64,000 nt of DNA from Syntrophomonadales bacterium (GTDB taxonomy: Bacteria > Bacillota > Syntrophomonadia > Syntrophomonadales > DTU052). Of the stretch, positions 9,356-22,272 are shown in pieces; position 1 is the first letter of the stretch, and the number at the start of each line of letters is the position of its first letter. The stretch lies in contig JBMNJO010000024.1 in the NCBI GenBank assembly GCA_050951725.1, positions 320,613 through 384,612 on the forward strand, read 5' to 3'. A model generated the notes under the pieces. That model saw nothing but the letters and a program-made list of their open reading frames with translations. It was not told where the DNA came from and did no database searches. Both the position numbers and the translations under genes were made by a program.

Positions 9356-12300
9356 TTGTTAGATGTTAACAACTTCGAACGCATCAAGATAGCTCTGGCA
9401 AGTCCTGAGAAAATCAGATCCTGGAGCAGTGGCGAGGTAAAAAAACCTGAGACCATAAACTACCGGACTCTTAGACCGGAAAAGGAAGGACTTTTCTGTG
9501 AAAAGATCTTTGGTCCAGTAAAGGACTGGGAGTGTCATTGCGGAAAATACAAGCGGGTTCGTCACAAAGGGATAGTGTGTGACCGTTGTGGGGTTGAGGT
9601 GACGACCTCCAAGGTCCGGAGAGAACGTTTAGGGCATATCGAACTGGCAGCACCGGTGTCACACATCTGGTATCTAAAAGGGATTCCCAGCCGCATGGGA
9701 CTGCTGTTGGATATGTCACCCAAGGTCCTGGAGAAGGTTATATATTTTGTAAACTATATCGTACTGGATCCCGGGGATACCCCGCTCCTCAAGAAACAAC
9801 TGCTGAACGAACGGGAGTACCGGGATTACCGCGAAAAATATGAAAACAAATTCAAGGTGGGAATTGGCGCCGAGGCAGTCAAACAACTGCTGTCGGAAGT
9901 AGACCTGGAAGAGCAATCATTGGAATTGAAAGAGGAGATAGCGAATACCAGTGGTCAACGCCGGAGCCGGGCAATTAAGAGGCTGGAGGTGGTAGAGGCT
10001 TTTCGTCTCTCCCACAATGACCCCATATGGATGATTCTTGATGTACTGCCGGTGATTCCGCCAGAGCTGCGTCCCATGGTGCAGTTGGACGGAGGCCGGT
10101 TTGCTACCTCGGACTTGAACGATCTATACCGTCGGGTTATTAACAGAAACAACCGGCTTAAACGGCTGCTCGATTTGGGTGCACCGGACATAATCGTTCG
10201 GAATGAAAAGCGAATGCTACAAGAGGCCGTAGATGCCTTGATCGATAATGGACGCCGCGGCCGCGCCGTAACCGGGCCCGGAAACCGGCCCTTGAAGAGC
10301 CTGAGCGATATGCTCAAGGGTAAGCAGGGCAGATTCCGTCAGAACCTGCTGGGTAAGCGGGTTGACTATTCGGGACGGTCAGTTATAGTCGTGGGACCCA
10401 ATCTTAAGATGCACGAGTGCGGGTTGCCCAAGGAGATGGCCCTGGAACTGTTCAAACCATTCGTTATGAAGAAACTTGTTGACCGGGGTATAGCCTCGAA
10501 CATCAAGTCGGCCAAGAAGATGATGGAGAGAGGCAAAGACGAAGTCTGGGACATTCTGGATAATGTTATCCAGGAACACCCGGTGCTGCTTAACCGCGCA
10601 CCTACACTCCACCGTTTGGGAATTCAGGCCTTTGAACCGGTACTGGTGGAAGGGCGCGCCCTGCAGATTCATCCTCTGGTATGTACTGCTTACAATGCTG
10701 ACTTTGACGGCGACCAGATGGCGGTGCACGTTCCGCTCTCAGCAGAAGCTCAGGCAGAAGCCCGGTTGCTGATGCTGTCAACCGGCAATATCCTGAATCC
10801 CAAAGACGGACGACCGGTGGTAACCCCTACACAAGATATGGTTATCGGTTGTTACTACCTTACACTGCAGAGAGACGGTGAAAAAGGTGAAGGCAAGGCC
10901 TTCTGTTCTCCTGAGGAAGCCCGTATGGCTTTGGAAACCGAGGAGATCGGACTGCATGCCAGGATCAAGGTAAGGATAAATGACAGGATTGTAGAAACCA
11001 CCGTTGGCCGGATAATATTCAATGAAGCGTTGCCCACGGATTTTCCGGTTTATAACCAGGTCATCAGCAAGAAAGAGTTGGGCGAAATAGTGTACAAGTG
11101 TTACCGGGACTATGGGAACGAGGCTACAGCACGTACCCTTGATGCCATAAAGAGACTCGGATTTGACTATGCTACCAAAGGGGGAATAACCGTCGGCTTA
11201 ACCGACTTCCAAACCCCGGAAGCCAAAAACGAAATACTTAAACAGGCTGATGAAAAGGTAAGTGAAATCGAAAATGATTATCAGATGGGGTTGATAACGG
11301 AGGATGAACGGCACAGCCAGGTGGTTGCTACCTGGAATGAGGCTACTGAAAAAGTAACTGATGAGCTAAGGTCTAACCTGGATCCTTTCAATCCAGTTTA
11401 TATGATGGCCATCTCCGGCGCCCGGGGTAACTTCCAGCAGATACGTCAGTTGGCTGGAATGCGAGGTCTGATGGCCGATCCTCAGGGCCGTATTCTTGAC
11501 CTGCCGATTAAGGCCAATTTCCGAGAAGGTTTGACTGTTTTGGAGTACTTTATTTCAACTCACGGCGCACGTAAGGGTCTGGCCGATACAGCACTTCGAA
11601 CCGCGGACTCGGGTTACCTGACCCGACGGTTGGTGGACGTGTCGCAGGATGTCATCGTACGCGAAGCTGACTGTGGTACTCACGAAGGGATATCAGTAGA
11701 TGAGATACGTGAAGGCGGCGAAGTTATCGAACGGTTGGATGAGAGAATCATTGGGCGTTTTGCGGTCGGCAATATCATTAATCCGAATACCGGCGAAGTG
11801 ATCGTACCTGATGATCATGAGATCAATGAAGAGGCCGCTGAAGAGATTATCAAGCTGGGTATCGACAAGGTCAGAATAAGATCTGTCTTGACCTGTAAAG
11901 CCAGACATGGGGTTTGCCAAAAATGCTACGGGCGCAATATGGCTACCAGTTACCTGGTGGAAATAGGCGAAGCGGTAGGAACTATCGCTGCCCAATCGAT
12001 TGGAGAACCGGGTACCCAGTTAACCATGCGTACCTTCCATACAGGAGGGGTAGCCGGAGATGACATCACCCGCGGTCTGCCTCGTGTTGAAGAGCTTTTC
12101 GAGGGACGTAAACCCAAAGGCCAGGCAGTAGTGACCGAACGACGCGGCGTAGTTAGAATGGGTGACAACAAGGGCCGCCGTGAGGTTCAGATTCTTGACG
12201 AGAACGGTGAGATGTTAGAAGGTTATGTGGTTCACTATGGTTCTCGGCTCAAGGTGCGTGATGGTGATTTTGTCGAGATAGGTGACGAATTAACAGAAGG

Positions 12301-12799
12301 ACCGCTTAATCCCCACGATATCTTGAGGACCAAGGGCATGAGGGCCGTTCAGATCTATCTCCTGCGGGAGGTGCAAAAGGTTTACCGCCTGCAGGGTGTT
12401 GATATCAGCGACAAGCATATAGAAATAATGATCAGACAGATGCTTAAGAAGGTGAAGATCGAGGAAGGAGGGGACACCCCGCTCCTGCCTGGCGCGTTCA
12501 CTGATGTAGCCGACTTTGAGGAAGAGAATATGAAGGTTATTGAGCGGGGGCGCGGATTGCCAGCCGTTGCCCAACCTCTTTTGCTGGGGATAACCAAGGC
12601 TTCTCTGAATACCCAGTCCTTCCTGTCAGCGGCTTCCTTCCAGGAAACCACCAAGGTCCTGACGGAGGCAGCGATAAAAGGCAAAGTGGACGGACTGATC
12701 GGTCTGAAGGAGAATGTAATTATCGGCAAACTGATCCCGGCAGGAACCGGTTTTTCGCGTTACAAAAATCTGGCTGTCGAATTGGATGATACTGATTGA
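9356..12799 (+). CDS. rpoC: DNA-directed RNA polymerase beta-prime subunit
   Basis: 1147-aa ORF with TTG start. Zinc motif [23 protein letters not shown] and catalytic [12 protein letters not shown]. Confidence 0.99.
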   Translation: MLDVNNFERIKIALASPEKIRSWSSGEVKKPETINYRTLRPEKEGLFCEKIFGPVKDWECHCGKYKRVRHKGIVCDRCGVEVTTSKVRRERLGHIELAAPVSHIWYLKGIPSRMGLLLDMSPKVLEKVIYFVNYIVLDPGDTPLLKKQLLNEREYRDYREKYENKFKVGIGAEAVKQLLSEVDLEEQSLELKEEIANTSGQRRSRAIKRLEVVEAFRLSHNDPIWMILDVLPVIPPELRPMVQLDGGRFATSDLNDLYRRVINRNNRLKRLLDLGAPDIIVRNEKRMLQEAVDALIDNGRRGRAVTGPGNRPLKSLSDMLKGKQGRFRQNLLGKRVDYSGRSVIVVGPNLKMHECGLPKEMALELFKPFVMKKLVDRGIASNIKSAKKMMERGKDEVWDILDNVIQEHPVLLNRAPTLHRLGIQAFEPVLVEGRALQIHPLVCTAYNADFDGDQMAVHVPLSAEAQAEARLLMLSTGNILNPKDGRPVVTPTQDMVIGCYYLTLQRDGEKGEGKAFCSPEEARMALETEEIGLHARIKVRINDRIVETTVGRIIFNEALPTDFPVYNQVISKKELGEIVYKCYRDYGNEATARTLDAIKRLGFDYATKGGITVGLTDFQTPEAKNEILKQADEKVSEIENDYQMGLITEDERHSQVVATWNEATEKVTDELRSNLDPFNPVYMMAISGARGNFQQIRQLAGMRGLMADPQGRILDLPIKANFREGLTVLEYFISTHGARKGLADTALRTADSGYLTRRLVDVSQDVIVREADCGTHEGISVDEIREGGEVIERLDERIIGRFAVGNIINPNTGEVIVPDDHEINEEAAEEIIKLGIDKVRIRSVLTCKARHGVCQKCYGRNMATSYLVEIGEAVGTIAAQSIGEPGTQLTMRTFHTGGVAGDDITRGLPRVEELFEGRKPKGQAVVTERRGVVRMGDNKGRREVQILDENGEMLEGYVVHYGSRLKVRDGDFVEIGDELTEGPLNPHDILRTKGMRAVQIYLLREVQKVYRLQGVDISDKHIEIMIRQMLKKVKIEEGGDTPLLPGAFTDVADFEEENMKVIERGRGLPAVAQPLLLGITKASLNTQSFLSAASFQETTKVLTEAAIKGKVDGLIGLKENVIIGKLIPAGTGFSRYKNLAVELDDTD

Positions 12800-12915
12800 C
12801 TATAGGAATTACAGGATGCTACAATATCTAAGTGCGCCTAAAGTGACATTCTTTGTTTTGGTGGAATGAAGAATCTTACTTTGCGGATGATAGCCTTTGA
12901 AGGAGGTTAACAAGC

Positions 12916-13182
12916 GTGCATAGTTTGCAGCATCATAGTCACAAAGCGGTGGGTTCCCGACAGGTAAAGAAAGCTATCCTGAAAGGATCGGCCGAAAAGG
13001 TCTACATCGCCCTGGATGCTGAAAAACATGTAACAAGGCCTTTAATAGAATTATGCCAGGAACGAAACTTAGAAGTAGAGTACGTTGAAAGCATGGAACA
13101 ACTGGGTAAAGCCTGCGGCATTGCTGTAGGCTCAGCCGCAGTAGCATTACTCATTGAACATGGGAAGGAGGTGCAGGATTAA
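12916..13182 (+). CDS. L7Ae-family ribosome-associated protein (YbxF/RplGB-like)
   Basis: 88-aa ORF with GTG start after GAAGGAGG. L7Ae-like sequence (GSRQVKKAILKGSAEKVYIALDA). Conserved Firmicutes position between rpoC and rpsL. Confidence 0.8.
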   Translation: MHSLQHHSHKAVGSRQVKKAILKGSAEKVYIALDAEKHVTRPLIELCQERNLEVEYVESMEQLGKACGIAVGSAAVALLIEHGKEVQD

Positions 13183-13569
13183 GTGCCTACAATAAATCAA
13201 TTAGTCAGACAGTCGCGCAAGGAGATACTGAAAAAATCAGACTCACCGGCTTTGGAGAGCTGTCCGCAGCGCAGGGGTGTATGTACCAGAGTATTTACCA
13301 CTACCCCCAAAAAGCCGAATTCGGCCTTGAGGAAAGTAGCCAGGGTCAGGTTAACCAACGGTATTGAAGTAACAGCCTACATTCCAGGCATTGGACACAA
13401 CCTCCAGGAACACTCGGTGGTTCTGATCAGAGGTGGAAGAGTAAAGGATCTGCCAGGGGTTAGATACCATATAATCAGAGGTGCCCTGGATGCGGCCGGA
13501 GTTCAAAACCGCAACCGCGGGCGGTCCAAGTATGGTACCAAACGGCCGAAAAAGGGAGCCAAAAAGTAG
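13183..13569 (+). CDS. rpsL: 30S ribosomal protein S12
   Basis: 128-aa ORF: MPTINQLVR...[16 protein letters not shown]. Confidence 0.98.
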   Translation: MPTINQLVRQSRKEILKKSDSPALESCPQRRGVCTRVFTTTPKKPNSALRKVARVRLTNGIEVTAYIPGIGHNLQEHSVVLIRGGRVKDLPGVRYHIIRGALDAAGVQNRNRGRSKYGTKRPKKGAKK

Positions 13570-13653
13570 GTAAGAAGTCATTTTAACCATAGATAGCTGT
13601 GTGCCGGCTGCATAATATCAATGCGATCAGGTTTAAGGAAGGGAGGAAGCAAT

Positions 13654-14124
13654 TTGCCGAGAAAAGGTCCTGTGCCGAAGCGGGATATACTTAATGATCC
13701 TGTATACAACAGCCGTACCGTAACCAAATTGATAAATCAGGTTATGTGGGATGGCAAGAAGAGTTTGGCTGAACAGATATGCTACGGAGCGTTTGAAATA
13801 GTCGGCAAAAAGGTCGGGAAAGATCCGCTGGAGGTCTTTGAAGACGCTCTTAAAAACATTATGCCGGTTCTGGAGGTAAGAGCTCGCAGGGTTGGAGGTG
13901 CCAATTATCAGGTTCCGGTCGAAGTCCGCGCTGATCGTCGCGAAGCCCTGGCCTTGAGATGGTTGGTTAGTTTTGCTCGCAAACGCGGGGAAAGGACCAT
14001 GGAACAGAGACTGGCAGGAGAGATTCTGGATGCTTACAACAGCACCGGAGGAGCCTTCAAGAGGAAGGAAGATACACACAAGATGGCAGAAGCCAACAAG
14101 GCATTTGCACATTATCGCTGGTAA
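13654..14124 (+). CDS. rpsG: 30S ribosomal protein S7
   Basis: ORF 13621..14124. The in-frame TTG at 13654 follows GGGAGGAAG and gives the canonical N-terminus [11 protein letters not shown]. Confidence 0.93.
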   Translation: MPRKGPVPKRDILNDPVYNSRTVTKLINQVMWDGKKSLAEQICYGAFEIVGKKVGKDPLEVFEDALKNIMPVLEVRARRVGGANYQVPVEVRADRREALALRWLVSFARKRGERTMEQRLAGEILDAYNSTGGAFKRKEDTHKMAEANKAFAHYRW

Positions 14125-14159
14125 TTAAACGATCGGTCGCCTGCAGGGAGTGTTAAGAT

Positions 14160-16238
14160 ATGGGTGAAGCATTTTCGCTTGAAAAAACAAGAAATATTGG
14201 TATAATGGCTCATATTGATGCGGGCAAGACCACAACGACGGAAAGGATACTTTTCTATACAGGCAGAGTACACAAAATTGGCGAAGTTGATAAAGGCACG
14301 GCTACCATGGACTGGATGGCCCAGGAACAGGAGCGTGGGATCACCATAACATCGGCGGCTACTACGTGTATGTGGAAAGGGTATCGTATTAATATCATCG
14401 ATACGCCCGGCCACGTGGACTTTACAGTTGAGGTAGAACGAGCCTTGCGGGTGCTTGACGGAGCCATTGCTATCTTTTGTGGGGTAGCTGGAGTTCAACC
14501 GCAGTCAGAGACTGTGTGGAGGCAGGCGGACAGGTATAAGGTTCCGCGTATAGCCTTCGTTAACAAGATGGACAGAGTTGGGGCCGACTTTTATCGGGCC
14601 TACAACATGATTAACCGAGACCTCGGTAATAAAGCGGTTGCAATACAGCTGCCGATAGGAGCAGAAGACAGTTTCGAGGGTATACTGGATCTTATACAAT
14701 TGAAGGCGTTCATTCATCGTGATGAACTGGGTCTTGAAATCGAGGAGAGACCGCTATCACCCGGAGAGATGGAACTGGCCATGGAATGGCGGGGTGATCT
14801 GATAGAACGTATGGCGGAGCTGGATGAAGAAATACTAAACCTGTATCTGGAGGAACAGCCAATAGACAACCAGCAGATTAAGCGTTGTCTTCGCAGGCTT
14901 ACCCTGAGTAACCAGGTGGTTCCAATTCTATGTGGGTCATCGTTCAGGAACAAGGGCGTGCAACTTCTCTTGGATGCAGTGGTTGATTACCTGCCTTCGC
15001 CGTCCGAGGTGCCGGTGGCGGTTGGTATAGACCCCCGCACCGAAGAGAACGTGGTACGCCGTAGTGATGCTTCAGAGCCCTTGAGTGCCCTGGCCTTTAA
15101 GATAGTGGTGGATCCGTATGTCGGGAAACTCACCTATTTCAGGGTATATTCGGGATCGTTAAAAGCGGGAAATGTGGCATTCAATGCCAGAACACAAAAA
15201 CGCGAGCGTGTTAGCCGAATACTCCGAATGCATGCCAATCACCGGGAAGAAGTGGATATTGCTTATGCTGGTGATATTGTAGCAGGGGTGGGGCTGAAGG
15301 AAACCGTAACTGGTGATACCCTCTGTACGGAAGCTAACCCGATTCTGTTAGAGGCCATGACGTTTCCTGAACCTGTAATCTCAGTAGCCATAGAACCACG
15401 CACCAAGGAAGATGAGGATAAAATTGGTGAGGCTCTGGGACGGTTGGGTGAAGAAGATCCGACTTTTAAGACCCAAATCAATCCGGAAACCGGTCAGACG
15501 ATAATCAAGGGAATGGGAGAACTTCATCTGGAGGTTATAACCGACCGTCTGCTCCGGGAGTTTAAAGTGAATGCCAAGGTGGGCAAACCTCAGGTAGCAT
15601 ATAAGGAAACCGTGAAGGGTAAGGCTAAGGCTGAAGGCAAGTTTGTTCGACAGACGGGGGGACGCGGCCATTATGGTCATGTAATCCTGCAGATTAAACC
15701 CTTACCCGAAGGACAGGGATTTGTATTCAAAGACGAGACCAATAATACGGTTATCCCGCGCGAGTTTGCCTCTGCCGTTGAAAACGGTATCCGTGAGTCG
15801 TTGCAGGCCGGGATTATTGCGGGTTACCCGGTGGTGGACATTGAGATCCGTTTGTTGGGAGGATCATTTCACGAGACTGACTCCTCCGAAGGCGCTTTCA
15901 AGATGGCAGCCGCTTTGGGCTTTAAGGAGGTCATGGGTCTGGCCCAACCGGTGCTGCTTGAACCCGTAATGGACCTGGAAATTCAGGTGCCTGAGGAATA
16001 CACCGGAGACGTGATTGGTGATCTTAACGGTCGTAGAGGCAGAGTTGCGGGTATGGAAGAGAATCAGGGGATTAGAGTTATTAAGGGAATGGTACCCCTG
16101 TCAGAGATGTTTGGGTATGCAACTGATCTTCGCTCCATAACCCAGGGGCGTGGTACATTCAGTATGCAGCTTCTGAACTATGAAGAGGTACCCGAGTATA
16201 AAGCCAAGGAAATCGTGGCCAAAAGATATGGCCTTTAA
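14160..16238 (+). CDS. fusA: Elongation factor G
   Basis: 692-aa ORF with [20 protein letters not shown] and NKMDR GTPase motifs. Position rpsG-fusA-tuf. Confidence 0.98.
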   Translation: MGEAFSLEKTRNIGIMAHIDAGKTTTTERILFYTGRVHKIGEVDKGTATMDWMAQEQERGITITSAATTCMWKGYRINIIDTPGHVDFTVEVERALRVLDGAIAIFCGVAGVQPQSETVWRQADRYKVPRIAFVNKMDRVGADFYRAYNMINRDLGNKAVAIQLPIGAEDSFEGILDLIQLKAFIHRDELGLEIEERPLSPGEMELAMEWRGDLIERMAELDEEILNLYLEEQPIDNQQIKRCLRRLTLSNQVVPILCGSSFRNKGVQLLLDAVVDYLPSPSEVPVAVGIDPRTEENVVRRSDASEPLSALAFKIVVDPYVGKLTYFRVYSGSLKAGNVAFNARTQKRERVSRILRMHANHREEVDIAYAGDIVAGVGLKETVTGDTLCTEANPILLEAMTFPEPVISVAIEPRTKEDEDKIGEALGRLGEEDPTFKTQINPETGQTIIKGMGELHLEVITDRLLREFKVNAKVGKPQVAYKETVKGKAKAEGKFVRQTGGRGHYGHVILQIKPLPEGQGFVFKDETNNTVIPREFASAVENGIRESLQAGIIAGYPVVDIEIRLLGGSFHETDSSEGAFKMAAALGFKEVMGLAQPVLLEPVMDLEIQVPEEYTGDVIGDLNGRRGRVAGMEENQGIRVIKGMVPLSEMFGYATDLRSITQGRGTFSMQLLNYEEVPEYKAKEIVAKRYGL

Positions 16239-16276
16239 AACATTTTCAAAAGACTGAAAGGAAAGGTGAGCAGGTA

Positions 16277-17479
16277 ATGGCAAAGCAGAAATATGAAAGG
16301 ACTAAACCGCACGTAAACATAGGTACCGTCGGTCACGTAGACCACGGCAAGACAACCCTGACCGCAGCGATAACCCTTACTTTGTCTACGAAAGGAAGCG
16401 CCAAAGCTACCTCTTATGAAGAGATTGACAAGGCCCCCGAAGAAAGAGAAAGAGGAATAACCATCAACACCTCCCACGTGGAATATGAGACTGAGCATCG
16501 GCACTATGCCCACGTGGACTGCCCGGGGCACGCTGACTACATCAAGAACATGATAACCGGAGCGGCCCAGATGGACGGAGCCATCCTGGTGGTATCATCC
16601 GCTGATGGTCCTATGCCTCAGACCCGGGAACACATCGTTCTGGCCCGGCAGGTTGGTGTACCCTATATCGTTGTATTCATGAACAAAACCGACATGGTCG
16701 ATGATGAAGAGCTCCTCGAACTGGTCGAAATGGAAGTAAGAGACCTCTTGAATGAATACGAGTTTCCCGGAGATGACGTCCCGGTTATCCAGGGTTCAGC
16801 CCTTAAAGCTCTGCAATGCGGCTGCGGGGGGCGGGAATGCCCTAACTGTAAGGCCATATGGGAACTGATGGATGCGGTGGACGAATATGTACCAATGCCG
16901 GAGAGGGCTGTAGACAAGCCTTTCCTGATGCCGATCGAGGACGTATTCACCATCACCGGCAGAGGCACCGTAACCACCGGCAGGGTAGAAAGAGGCCAGG
17001 TCAAGGTAGGAGACGAAGTGGAGATTGTAGGGATGAGAGACGCCACCCGCAAAACAGTCTGCACTGGAGTCGAGATGTTCAGAAAGCTCCTCGACTATGC
17101 TCAGGCTGGAGACAACATCGGCACCCTTCTCCGCGGGGTAGACCGTCGCGAAGTCGAGCGGGGAATGGTACTGGCCAAGCCCGGTTCCATCAAGCCGCAT
17201 GTTAATTTTAACGCCGAAGTATACGTGCTGACCAAAGAAGAAGGTGGCAGACATACCCCGTTCTTTCCGGGATACCGGCCGCAATTCTATTTCCGCACCA
17301 CTGACGTAACCGGAGTAATCACTCTGCCCGAAGGAGTAGAGATGGTAATGCCGGGCGACAACATCCAGATGGCGATCGAACTGATAACTCCCATAGCCAT
17401 AGAAGAGGGGTTAAGGTTTGCGATCCGTGAAGGTGGAAGAACTGTAGGTGCCGGAGTAGTTACCGGAATCAGCGAATAG
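16277..17479 (+). CDS. tuf: Elongation factor Tu, copy 2
   Basis: 400-aa ORF in the canonical str-operon position. Differs from copy 1 only at I18V, A108S and L207M. Confidence 0.98.
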   Translation: MAKQKYERTKPHVNIGTVGHVDHGKTTLTAAITLTLSTKGSAKATSYEEIDKAPEERERGITINTSHVEYETEHRHYAHVDCPGHADYIKNMITGAAQMDGAILVVSSADGPMPQTREHIVLARQVGVPYIVVFMNKTDMVDDEELLELVEMEVRDLLNEYEFPGDDVPVIQGSALKALQCGCGGRECPNCKAIWELMDAVDEYVPMPERAVDKPFLMPIEDVFTITGRGTVTTGRVERGQVKVGDEVEIVGMRDATRKTVCTGVEMFRKLLDYAQAGDNIGTLLRGVDRREVERGMVLAKPGSIKPHVNFNAEVYVLTKEEGGRHTPFFPGYRPQFYFRTTDVTGVITLPEGVEMVMPGDNIQMAIELITPIAIEEGLRFAIREGGRTVGAGVVTGISE

Positions 17480-17563
17480 TATACGGAACAACGGATGCAC
17501 TGTCAGGAGTTCCGGCACGGGCTGTAAAGACTTACGGGGATATTGCTTGGTTGGTTAGTAGTG

Positions 17564-17669
17564 CTGGAATGAAGTTGGTCCTCAGGCTAAGACCACAACA
17601 TTCCAGGGGAAAGAAACGGATCGAGTGGAGTATAGACAAGGAAGAAAGGGCAATTGTCCCTTTCTCCTT
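17564..17669 (+). promoter_or_regulatory. Structured leader elements upstream of rpsJ
   Basis: Hairpin CTGGAATG...CATTCCAG (17564-17606) and hairpin AAGGAAGAAAGGG-CAATTGT-CCCTTTCTCCTT (17638-17669), neither followed by a T-run. Confidence 0.4.
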
Positions 17670-17721
17670 AGTACGCCCGGAGCCGTGTACATGACAGGAG
17701 TTTTAAGGAGGGGACCATTAG

Positions 17722-18033
17722 GTGAAAGGTCAGCAAAAAGTCAGAATTAGATTGAAAGCATTTGATCATAAACTGCTGGACCAGTCAGCCCAAAAAATCG
17801 TGGATACCGCCAAAAAGAATGGATCTGAGGTTTCAGGACCGGTACCGCTTCCGACTGAGAGGAGTGTTTATACCATTCTGAGGTCACCACACGTGAATAA
17901 GGATTCCAGGGAACAGTTTGAGATGAGGACCCACAAACGGTTAATAGATATATTAGATCCCAATCCGAAAACCATAGATGCCCTCATGCACCTGGACCTG
18001 CCTTCCGGTGTAGACATAGAGATTAAACTCTAA
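17722..18033 (+). CDS. rpsJ: 30S ribosomal protein S10
   Basis: 103-aa ORF with GTG start after AAGGAGGGG: [15 protein letters not shown]. Confidence 0.97.
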   Translation: MKGQQKVRIRLKAFDHKLLDQSAQKIVDTAKKNGSEVSGPVPLPTERSVYTILRSPHVNKDSREQFEMRTHKRLIDILDPNPKTIDALMHLDLPSGVDIEIKL

Positions 18034-18071
18034 GCCAGGGATTATGGAAGCTGATTTAGGAGGGAGAAAAG

Positions 18072-18710
18072 GTGTTAAGAGCAGTCGAGAAGGGACTTCT
18101 AGCCAGGAAGGTAGGAATGACTCAGGTTTTCACCGATGATGGCCAGGCAATGGCTGTTACTGTTATCGAAGCCGGTCCCTGTGTTGTAGTGAAGAAAAAA
18201 ACCCCGGAAACTGACGGCTACAATGCGATTCAGGTGGGGTTTGCAGGAGTAAAGGACAAAAAAGTTAACCGTCCTGACCGGGGACAGTTTAACAAAGCCC
18301 AGGTTAAACCTACCAGATGGTTAAGAGAATTCAGAGTTGAAGATGCGAATCAATATGAGATCGGACAGGAAATCAAGGCCGATCTGTTTCAGGAAGGTGA
18401 CTTGATAGATGTCACCGGAGTTTCCAAAGGTAAGGGTTTTGCAGGCGGTATTAAACGCCATAATTTCCGTCGTGGGCCGATGGGACACGGATCCAAGTAT
18501 CACCGCCGTCCAGGTTCACTCGGCGCCAAAGGGCCGGCCCGAGTTTTCAAAGGCCGGAAGATGCCTGGCAGGTTAGGCGGAGAGAGAGTCACGGTACAGA
18601 AACTCAAGATAGTAAAGGTATACCCGGAGAAGAATATCATCCTGGTTAAGGGTGCAGTACCGGGTCCTCGCAAGGGCCTGCTTTCAATAAAGAATTCAGT
18701 GAAGGCATAG
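18072..18710 (+). CDS. rplC: 50S ribosomal protein L3
   Basis: 212-aa ORF: KGLLARKVGMTQVF. Confidence 0.96.
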   Translation: MLRAVEKGLLARKVGMTQVFTDDGQAMAVTVIEAGPCVVVKKKTPETDGYNAIQVGFAGVKDKKVNRPDRGQFNKAQVKPTRWLREFRVEDANQYEIGQEIKADLFQEGDLIDVTGVSKGKGFAGGIKRHNFRRGPMGHGSKYHRRPGSLGAKGPARVFKGRKMPGRLGGERVTVQKLKIVKVYPEKNIILVKGAVPGPRKGLLSIKNSVKA

Positions 18711-18730
18711 GGTGAAGGAGGTTTACTATC

Positions 18731-19354
18731 ATGCCTAAGGTAGCAGTATTCAATATGGCAGGAGCCCAGGTTGGTGAAATAGACTTAAGTGACAGTGTTT
18801 TTGGGATAGAACCTAACGAGGCTGTAATTCACCAGGTTGTAAAGGCTCAACTGGCCAATCGGCGGGTAGGGACCGCCTCCACCAGGACCCGTGGAGATGT
18901 CAGGGGTGGTGGAAGAAAGCCCTGGCGCCAAAAAGGTACGGGCCGGGCACGGGTTGGCAGCCGGCGCTCCCCGATATGGCGGGGTGGAGGCACGGTATTT
19001 GGACCCCATCCGCGCGATTATTCAATTAGACTGCCAAAGAAAGTCAGGAGATTGGCCTTAAAATCCGTGTTGTCCGGGAAACTCAACAGCAGCGATATTG
19101 TGGTTGTGGAGGAATTAAGCTTTGAGGAGCCCAAAACCCGGCGTATGATTGAGGTCCTGGATGCTCTGAACGTCGTGGAGAAGGCTCTGGTGGTTACCGC
19201 TGATGGCGATATCAATGTTGCGAAGTCAGCCCGGAACATTCCAGGGGTAAAGCCGGTTAGAGCCGATTTCATGAATGTCTATGATCTTTTGGCCTACGAC
19301 AAGCTGGTGATAACCAAAGATGCCGTGGCCAAGGTAGAGGAGGTTTACGGTTGA
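18731..19354 (+). CDS. rplD: 50S ribosomal protein L4
   Basis: 207-aa ORF: [16 protein letters not shown]. Confidence 0.96.
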   Translation: MPKVAVFNMAGAQVGEIDLSDSVFGIEPNEAVIHQVVKAQLANRRVGTASTRTRGDVRGGGRKPWRQKGTGRARVGSRRSPIWRGGGTVFGPHPRDYSIRLPKKVRRLALKSVLSGKLNSSDIVVVEELSFEEPKTRRMIEVLDALNVVEKALVVTADGDINVAKSARNIPGVKPVRADFMNVYDLLAYDKLVITKDAVAKVEEVYG

Positions 19355-19644
19355 TGCCCAAAGAAGCTCGAGATATCATCATCAAGCCGGTAGTAACAGA
19401 AAAGACCATGAACCTGCTGGCGGATAACAAGTATACCTTTTTGGTTGACAAACGAGCGAACAAGGTTGAGATTAAAAAGGCCGTAGAAGAGATATTCAAG
19501 GTTAAGGTGGACAGCGTAACCACCATGAATGTGCAGGGCAAGATGAAGAGAATGGGGCGCTTTGAAGGCCGTAGGCCCAGTCGCAAAAAGGCTGTAGTCT
19601 CCCTGAAGCCCGGTCACAGGATTACACTCTTCGAGGGAATGTAA
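19351..19644 (+). CDS. rplW: 50S ribosomal protein L23
   Basis: 97-aa ORF with TTG start overlapping the rplD stop. L23 family sequence. Confidence 0.93.
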   Translation: MMPKEARDIIIKPVVTEKTMNLLADNKYTFLVDKRANKVEIKKAVEEIFKVKVDSVTTMNVQGKMKRMGRFEGRRPSRKKAVVSLKPGHRITLFEGM

Positions 19645-19673
19645 CCCTTAAGGCACCTAAGGAGGAATCAAAA

Positions 19674-20498
19674 GTGGGCATTAAGAAATTCAAGCCAACA
19701 TCACCGGGCAAACGGCAGATGACAGTCCTGAGTTATGAGGAACTGACCAAGAAAGAACCAGAGAAAAGTCTGTTAGCGCCTCTTAACAAAAAGGCGGGAA
19801 GAAATGCCAATGGACGTATTACGGTACGACACCGGGGTGGTGGGCATAAGCGCCGTTACCGGGTAATTGATTTTAAACGCAAAAAGGATGGAGTTCCGGC
19901 CAAGGTAGCCGCAATCGAATACGATCCTAACCGGTCCGCCAACATAGCTTTGCTTCACTACCTTGATGGTGAAAAGAGTTATATCCTGGCCCCTAACGGT
20001 TTAAAAGTCGGACACCAGGTCATGTCAGGACCAGACGCCGATATCAAGGTAGGAAATGCACTGCCGCTGGTCAACATTCCCGTCGGTACCCTGATACACA
20101 ATATTGAGCTCAAACCCGGAAAGGGCGGTCAGATTGTTCGCTCGGCCGGGGGAGTTGCCCAGCTCATGGCTAAAGAAGGAAACTACGCTCATATACGGTT
20201 ACCTTCTGGAGAAGTGAGATTGGTTCATATAAAATGCCGGGCAACCATCGGGCAGATCGGGAACCTTGATTATGAGAATGTGTCTGTAGGCAAGGCCGGG
20301 CGGAATCGCTGGAAAGGCTTTCGTCCTACGGTTAGGGGATCAGTTATGAACCCGGTTGATCATCCCCATGGCGGGGGAGAAGGCCGGGCTCCGGTTGGCA
20401 GAAAATACCCGGTTTCGCCCTGGGGCAAGATCGCCATCGGCGGCAGAACCAGGAAAAAGAAACCGTCAGATAATATGATAGTCAAGAAACGCAAGTAG
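19674..20498 (+). CDS. rplB: 50S ribosomal protein L2
   Basis: 274-aa ORF: [25 protein letters not shown]. Confidence 0.98.
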   Translation: MGIKKFKPTSPGKRQMTVLSYEELTKKEPEKSLLAPLNKKAGRNANGRITVRHRGGGHKRRYRVIDFKRKKDGVPAKVAAIEYDPNRSANIALLHYLDGEKSYILAPNGLKVGHQVMSGPDADIKVGNALPLVNIPVGTLIHNIELKPGKGGQIVRSAGGVAQLMAKEGNYAHIRLPSGEVRLVHIKCRATIGQIGNLDYENVSVGKAGRNRWKGFRPTVRGSVMNPVDHPHGGGEGRAPVGRKYPVSPWGKIAIGGRTRKKKPSDNMIVKKRK

Positions 20499-20524
20499 CT
20501 CTGAAAGGGAGGTTACAAGCTGGA

Positions 20525-20809
20525 ATGGGCAGATCTGTTAAAAAAGGTCCCTATTGCGACGAAAAACTGCTAAAAAGGGTCGAACTCATGAACGATAAAG
20601 GTGAGAAGCGCGTTATCAAAACCTGGTCTCGCCGTTCCACCATCATGCCTCAGATGATCGGGCACACACTGGCTGTACACGATGGCCGCAAGCATATCCC
20701 GGTTTATGTAACCGAGGACATGATAGGGCACAAACTGGGGGAATTTGCTCCCACCAGAACCTATCGAGGACATGCTGGGAAATCGGAAAAGACCAGTAGA
20801 AGGCACTGA
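20525..20809 (+). CDS. rpsS: 30S ribosomal protein S19
   Basis: 94-aa ORF: [10 protein letters not shown]...[16 protein letters not shown]. Confidence 0.97.
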   Translation: MGRSVKKGPYCDEKLLKRVELMNDKGEKRVIKTWSRRSTIMPQMIGHTLAVHDGRKHIPVYVTEDMIGHKLGEFAPTRTYRGHAGKSEKTSRRH

Positions 20810-20823
20810 GGGGAGGTATTGGT

Positions 20824-21159
20824 GTGCAGGCACGAGCGATAGCTAGGTATATAAGAGTATCTCCGTTCAAGGCCCGGCAGGTTGCGGATCTAATCCGGGG
20901 CAAGGATGTACGCGAGGCAAGAGCGATTCTTAGGTATACCAACAAAAAGGCAGCTCCGTTGATAGTGAAAGTGATGAATTCGGCAGTAGCTAACGCCGAA
21001 CACAATTTTGACATGGATTCTGACGACCTGTATGTATCAGAGATCTATGTTGATGAGGGACCCAGCTTAAAGAGAATTAAACCCAGGGCCTACGGTAGGG
21101 GTGACATGATCAAGCATCGCACCAGTCACATAACCGTAGTGGTCAAAGAAAGGGCGTGA
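20824..21159 (+). CDS. rplV: 50S ribosomal protein L22
   Basis: 111-aa ORF with GTG start. L22 family sequence and operon position. Confidence 0.95.
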   Translation: MQARAIARYIRVSPFKARQVADLIRGKDVREARAILRYTNKKAAPLIVKVMNSAVANAEHNFDMDSDDLYVSEIYVDEGPSLKRIKPRAYGRGDMIKHRTSHITVVVKERA

Positions 21160-21163
21160 TTTA

Positions 21164-21838
21164 GTGGGGCAGAAGGTTCACCCCAAGGGTTTTAGAATAG
21201 GAGTTACCAGAGACTGGGATTCACGCTGGTATGCAGACCGGGATTTTACCGAACTCCTTCATGAGGACTATAAGATACGCAAGTTTATCAAGGAAAGGTT
21301 TTACGCCGCAGGGGTCTCCACAGTTGAGATCGAAAGAACCGGTAACAGGGTCAAGGTTTCGATCAACACCGCCAAACCTGGTATACTGATTGGTCGCGGT
21401 GGAACCGAGGTTGAAAAACTAAAGGTAGAATTAGCCAAGTTGACCGGCAAGAATGTAAACGTCAATATTGTTGAGATCAAACGGCCGGAACTGGACGCCC
21501 AGATCGTTGCCGAGAACGTGGCTACTTCGCTGGAAAGAAGAATCGCCTTCCGGCGGGCGATGCGTCAGGCAGTAGGGCGGACCATGCGTGCAGGAGCTAA
21601 AGGTATGAGAATAGCAGTATCCGGGCGCCTTGGCGGGGCTGAAATAGCTCGTACCGAGTGGCAGGCCGAGGGTAGAGTACCCCTGCATACACTTAGAGCC
21701 GACATCGATTATGGTTTTGCGGAAGCTAACACCACTTACGGTAAGATTGGCGTAAAAGTCTGGATTAACCGTGGTGAGGTTATGGCGCAGCCCAAACGCA
21801 GGCCTCCGGTGAAGGCTGGAGGGGAGGAACAAAAATAA
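21164..21838 (+). CDS. rpsC: 30S ribosomal protein S3
   Basis: 224-aa ORF: [15 protein letters not shown] domain. Confidence 0.97.
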   Translation: MGQKVHPKGFRIGVTRDWDSRWYADRDFTELLHEDYKIRKFIKERFYAAGVSTVEIERTGNRVKVSINTAKPGILIGRGGTEVEKLKVELAKLTGKNVNVNIVEIKRPELDAQIVAENVATSLERRIAFRRAMRQAVGRTMRAGAKGMRIAVSGRLGGAEIARTEWQAEGRVPLHTLRADIDYGFAEANTTYGKIGVKVWINRGEVMAQPKRRPPVKAGGEEQK

Positions 21839-22272
21839 TGCTTATTCCCAAGCGAGTGAAATATAGAAGGCAACACAGGCCATTCATAAAAGGTGAAGCT
21901 ACCAAGGGCAATGTTGTAACCTATGGTGAATATGGCCTTCAGGCCCTGGACCCAGGTTGGATTACCAACCGCCAGATAGAAGCGGCTCGTATTGCCATTA
22001 CCCGCTATGTGAAACGTGGGGGTAAGGTTTGGATTAAGATATTCCCTGACCGGCCATTGACAGCGAAGCCGGCAGAAACCCGTATGGGTAAAGGTAAGGG
22101 CTCCCCTGAACACTGGGTAGCACCGGTTAAACCTGGTCGGGTTATGTTTGAACTGGCTGGAGTAAGTGAAGAGGTAGCTAAGGAAGCCATGAGATTGGCA
22201 GCCCACAAACTACCGGTCAGATGCCGGTTTATTAAAAGAGACGAAATGGGTGGTGAGGCTGGTGAAGGCTAA
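21838..22272 (+). CDS. rplP: 50S ribosomal protein L16
   Basis: 144-aa ORF: [14 protein letters not shown]. Confidence 0.97.
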   Translation: MLIPKRVKYRRQHRPFIKGEATKGNVVTYGEYGLQALDPGWITNRQIEAARIAITRYVKRGGKVWIKIFPDRPLTAKPAETRMGKGKGSPEHWVAPVKPGRVMFELAGVSEEVAKEAMRLAAHKLPVRCRFIKRDEMGGEAGEG

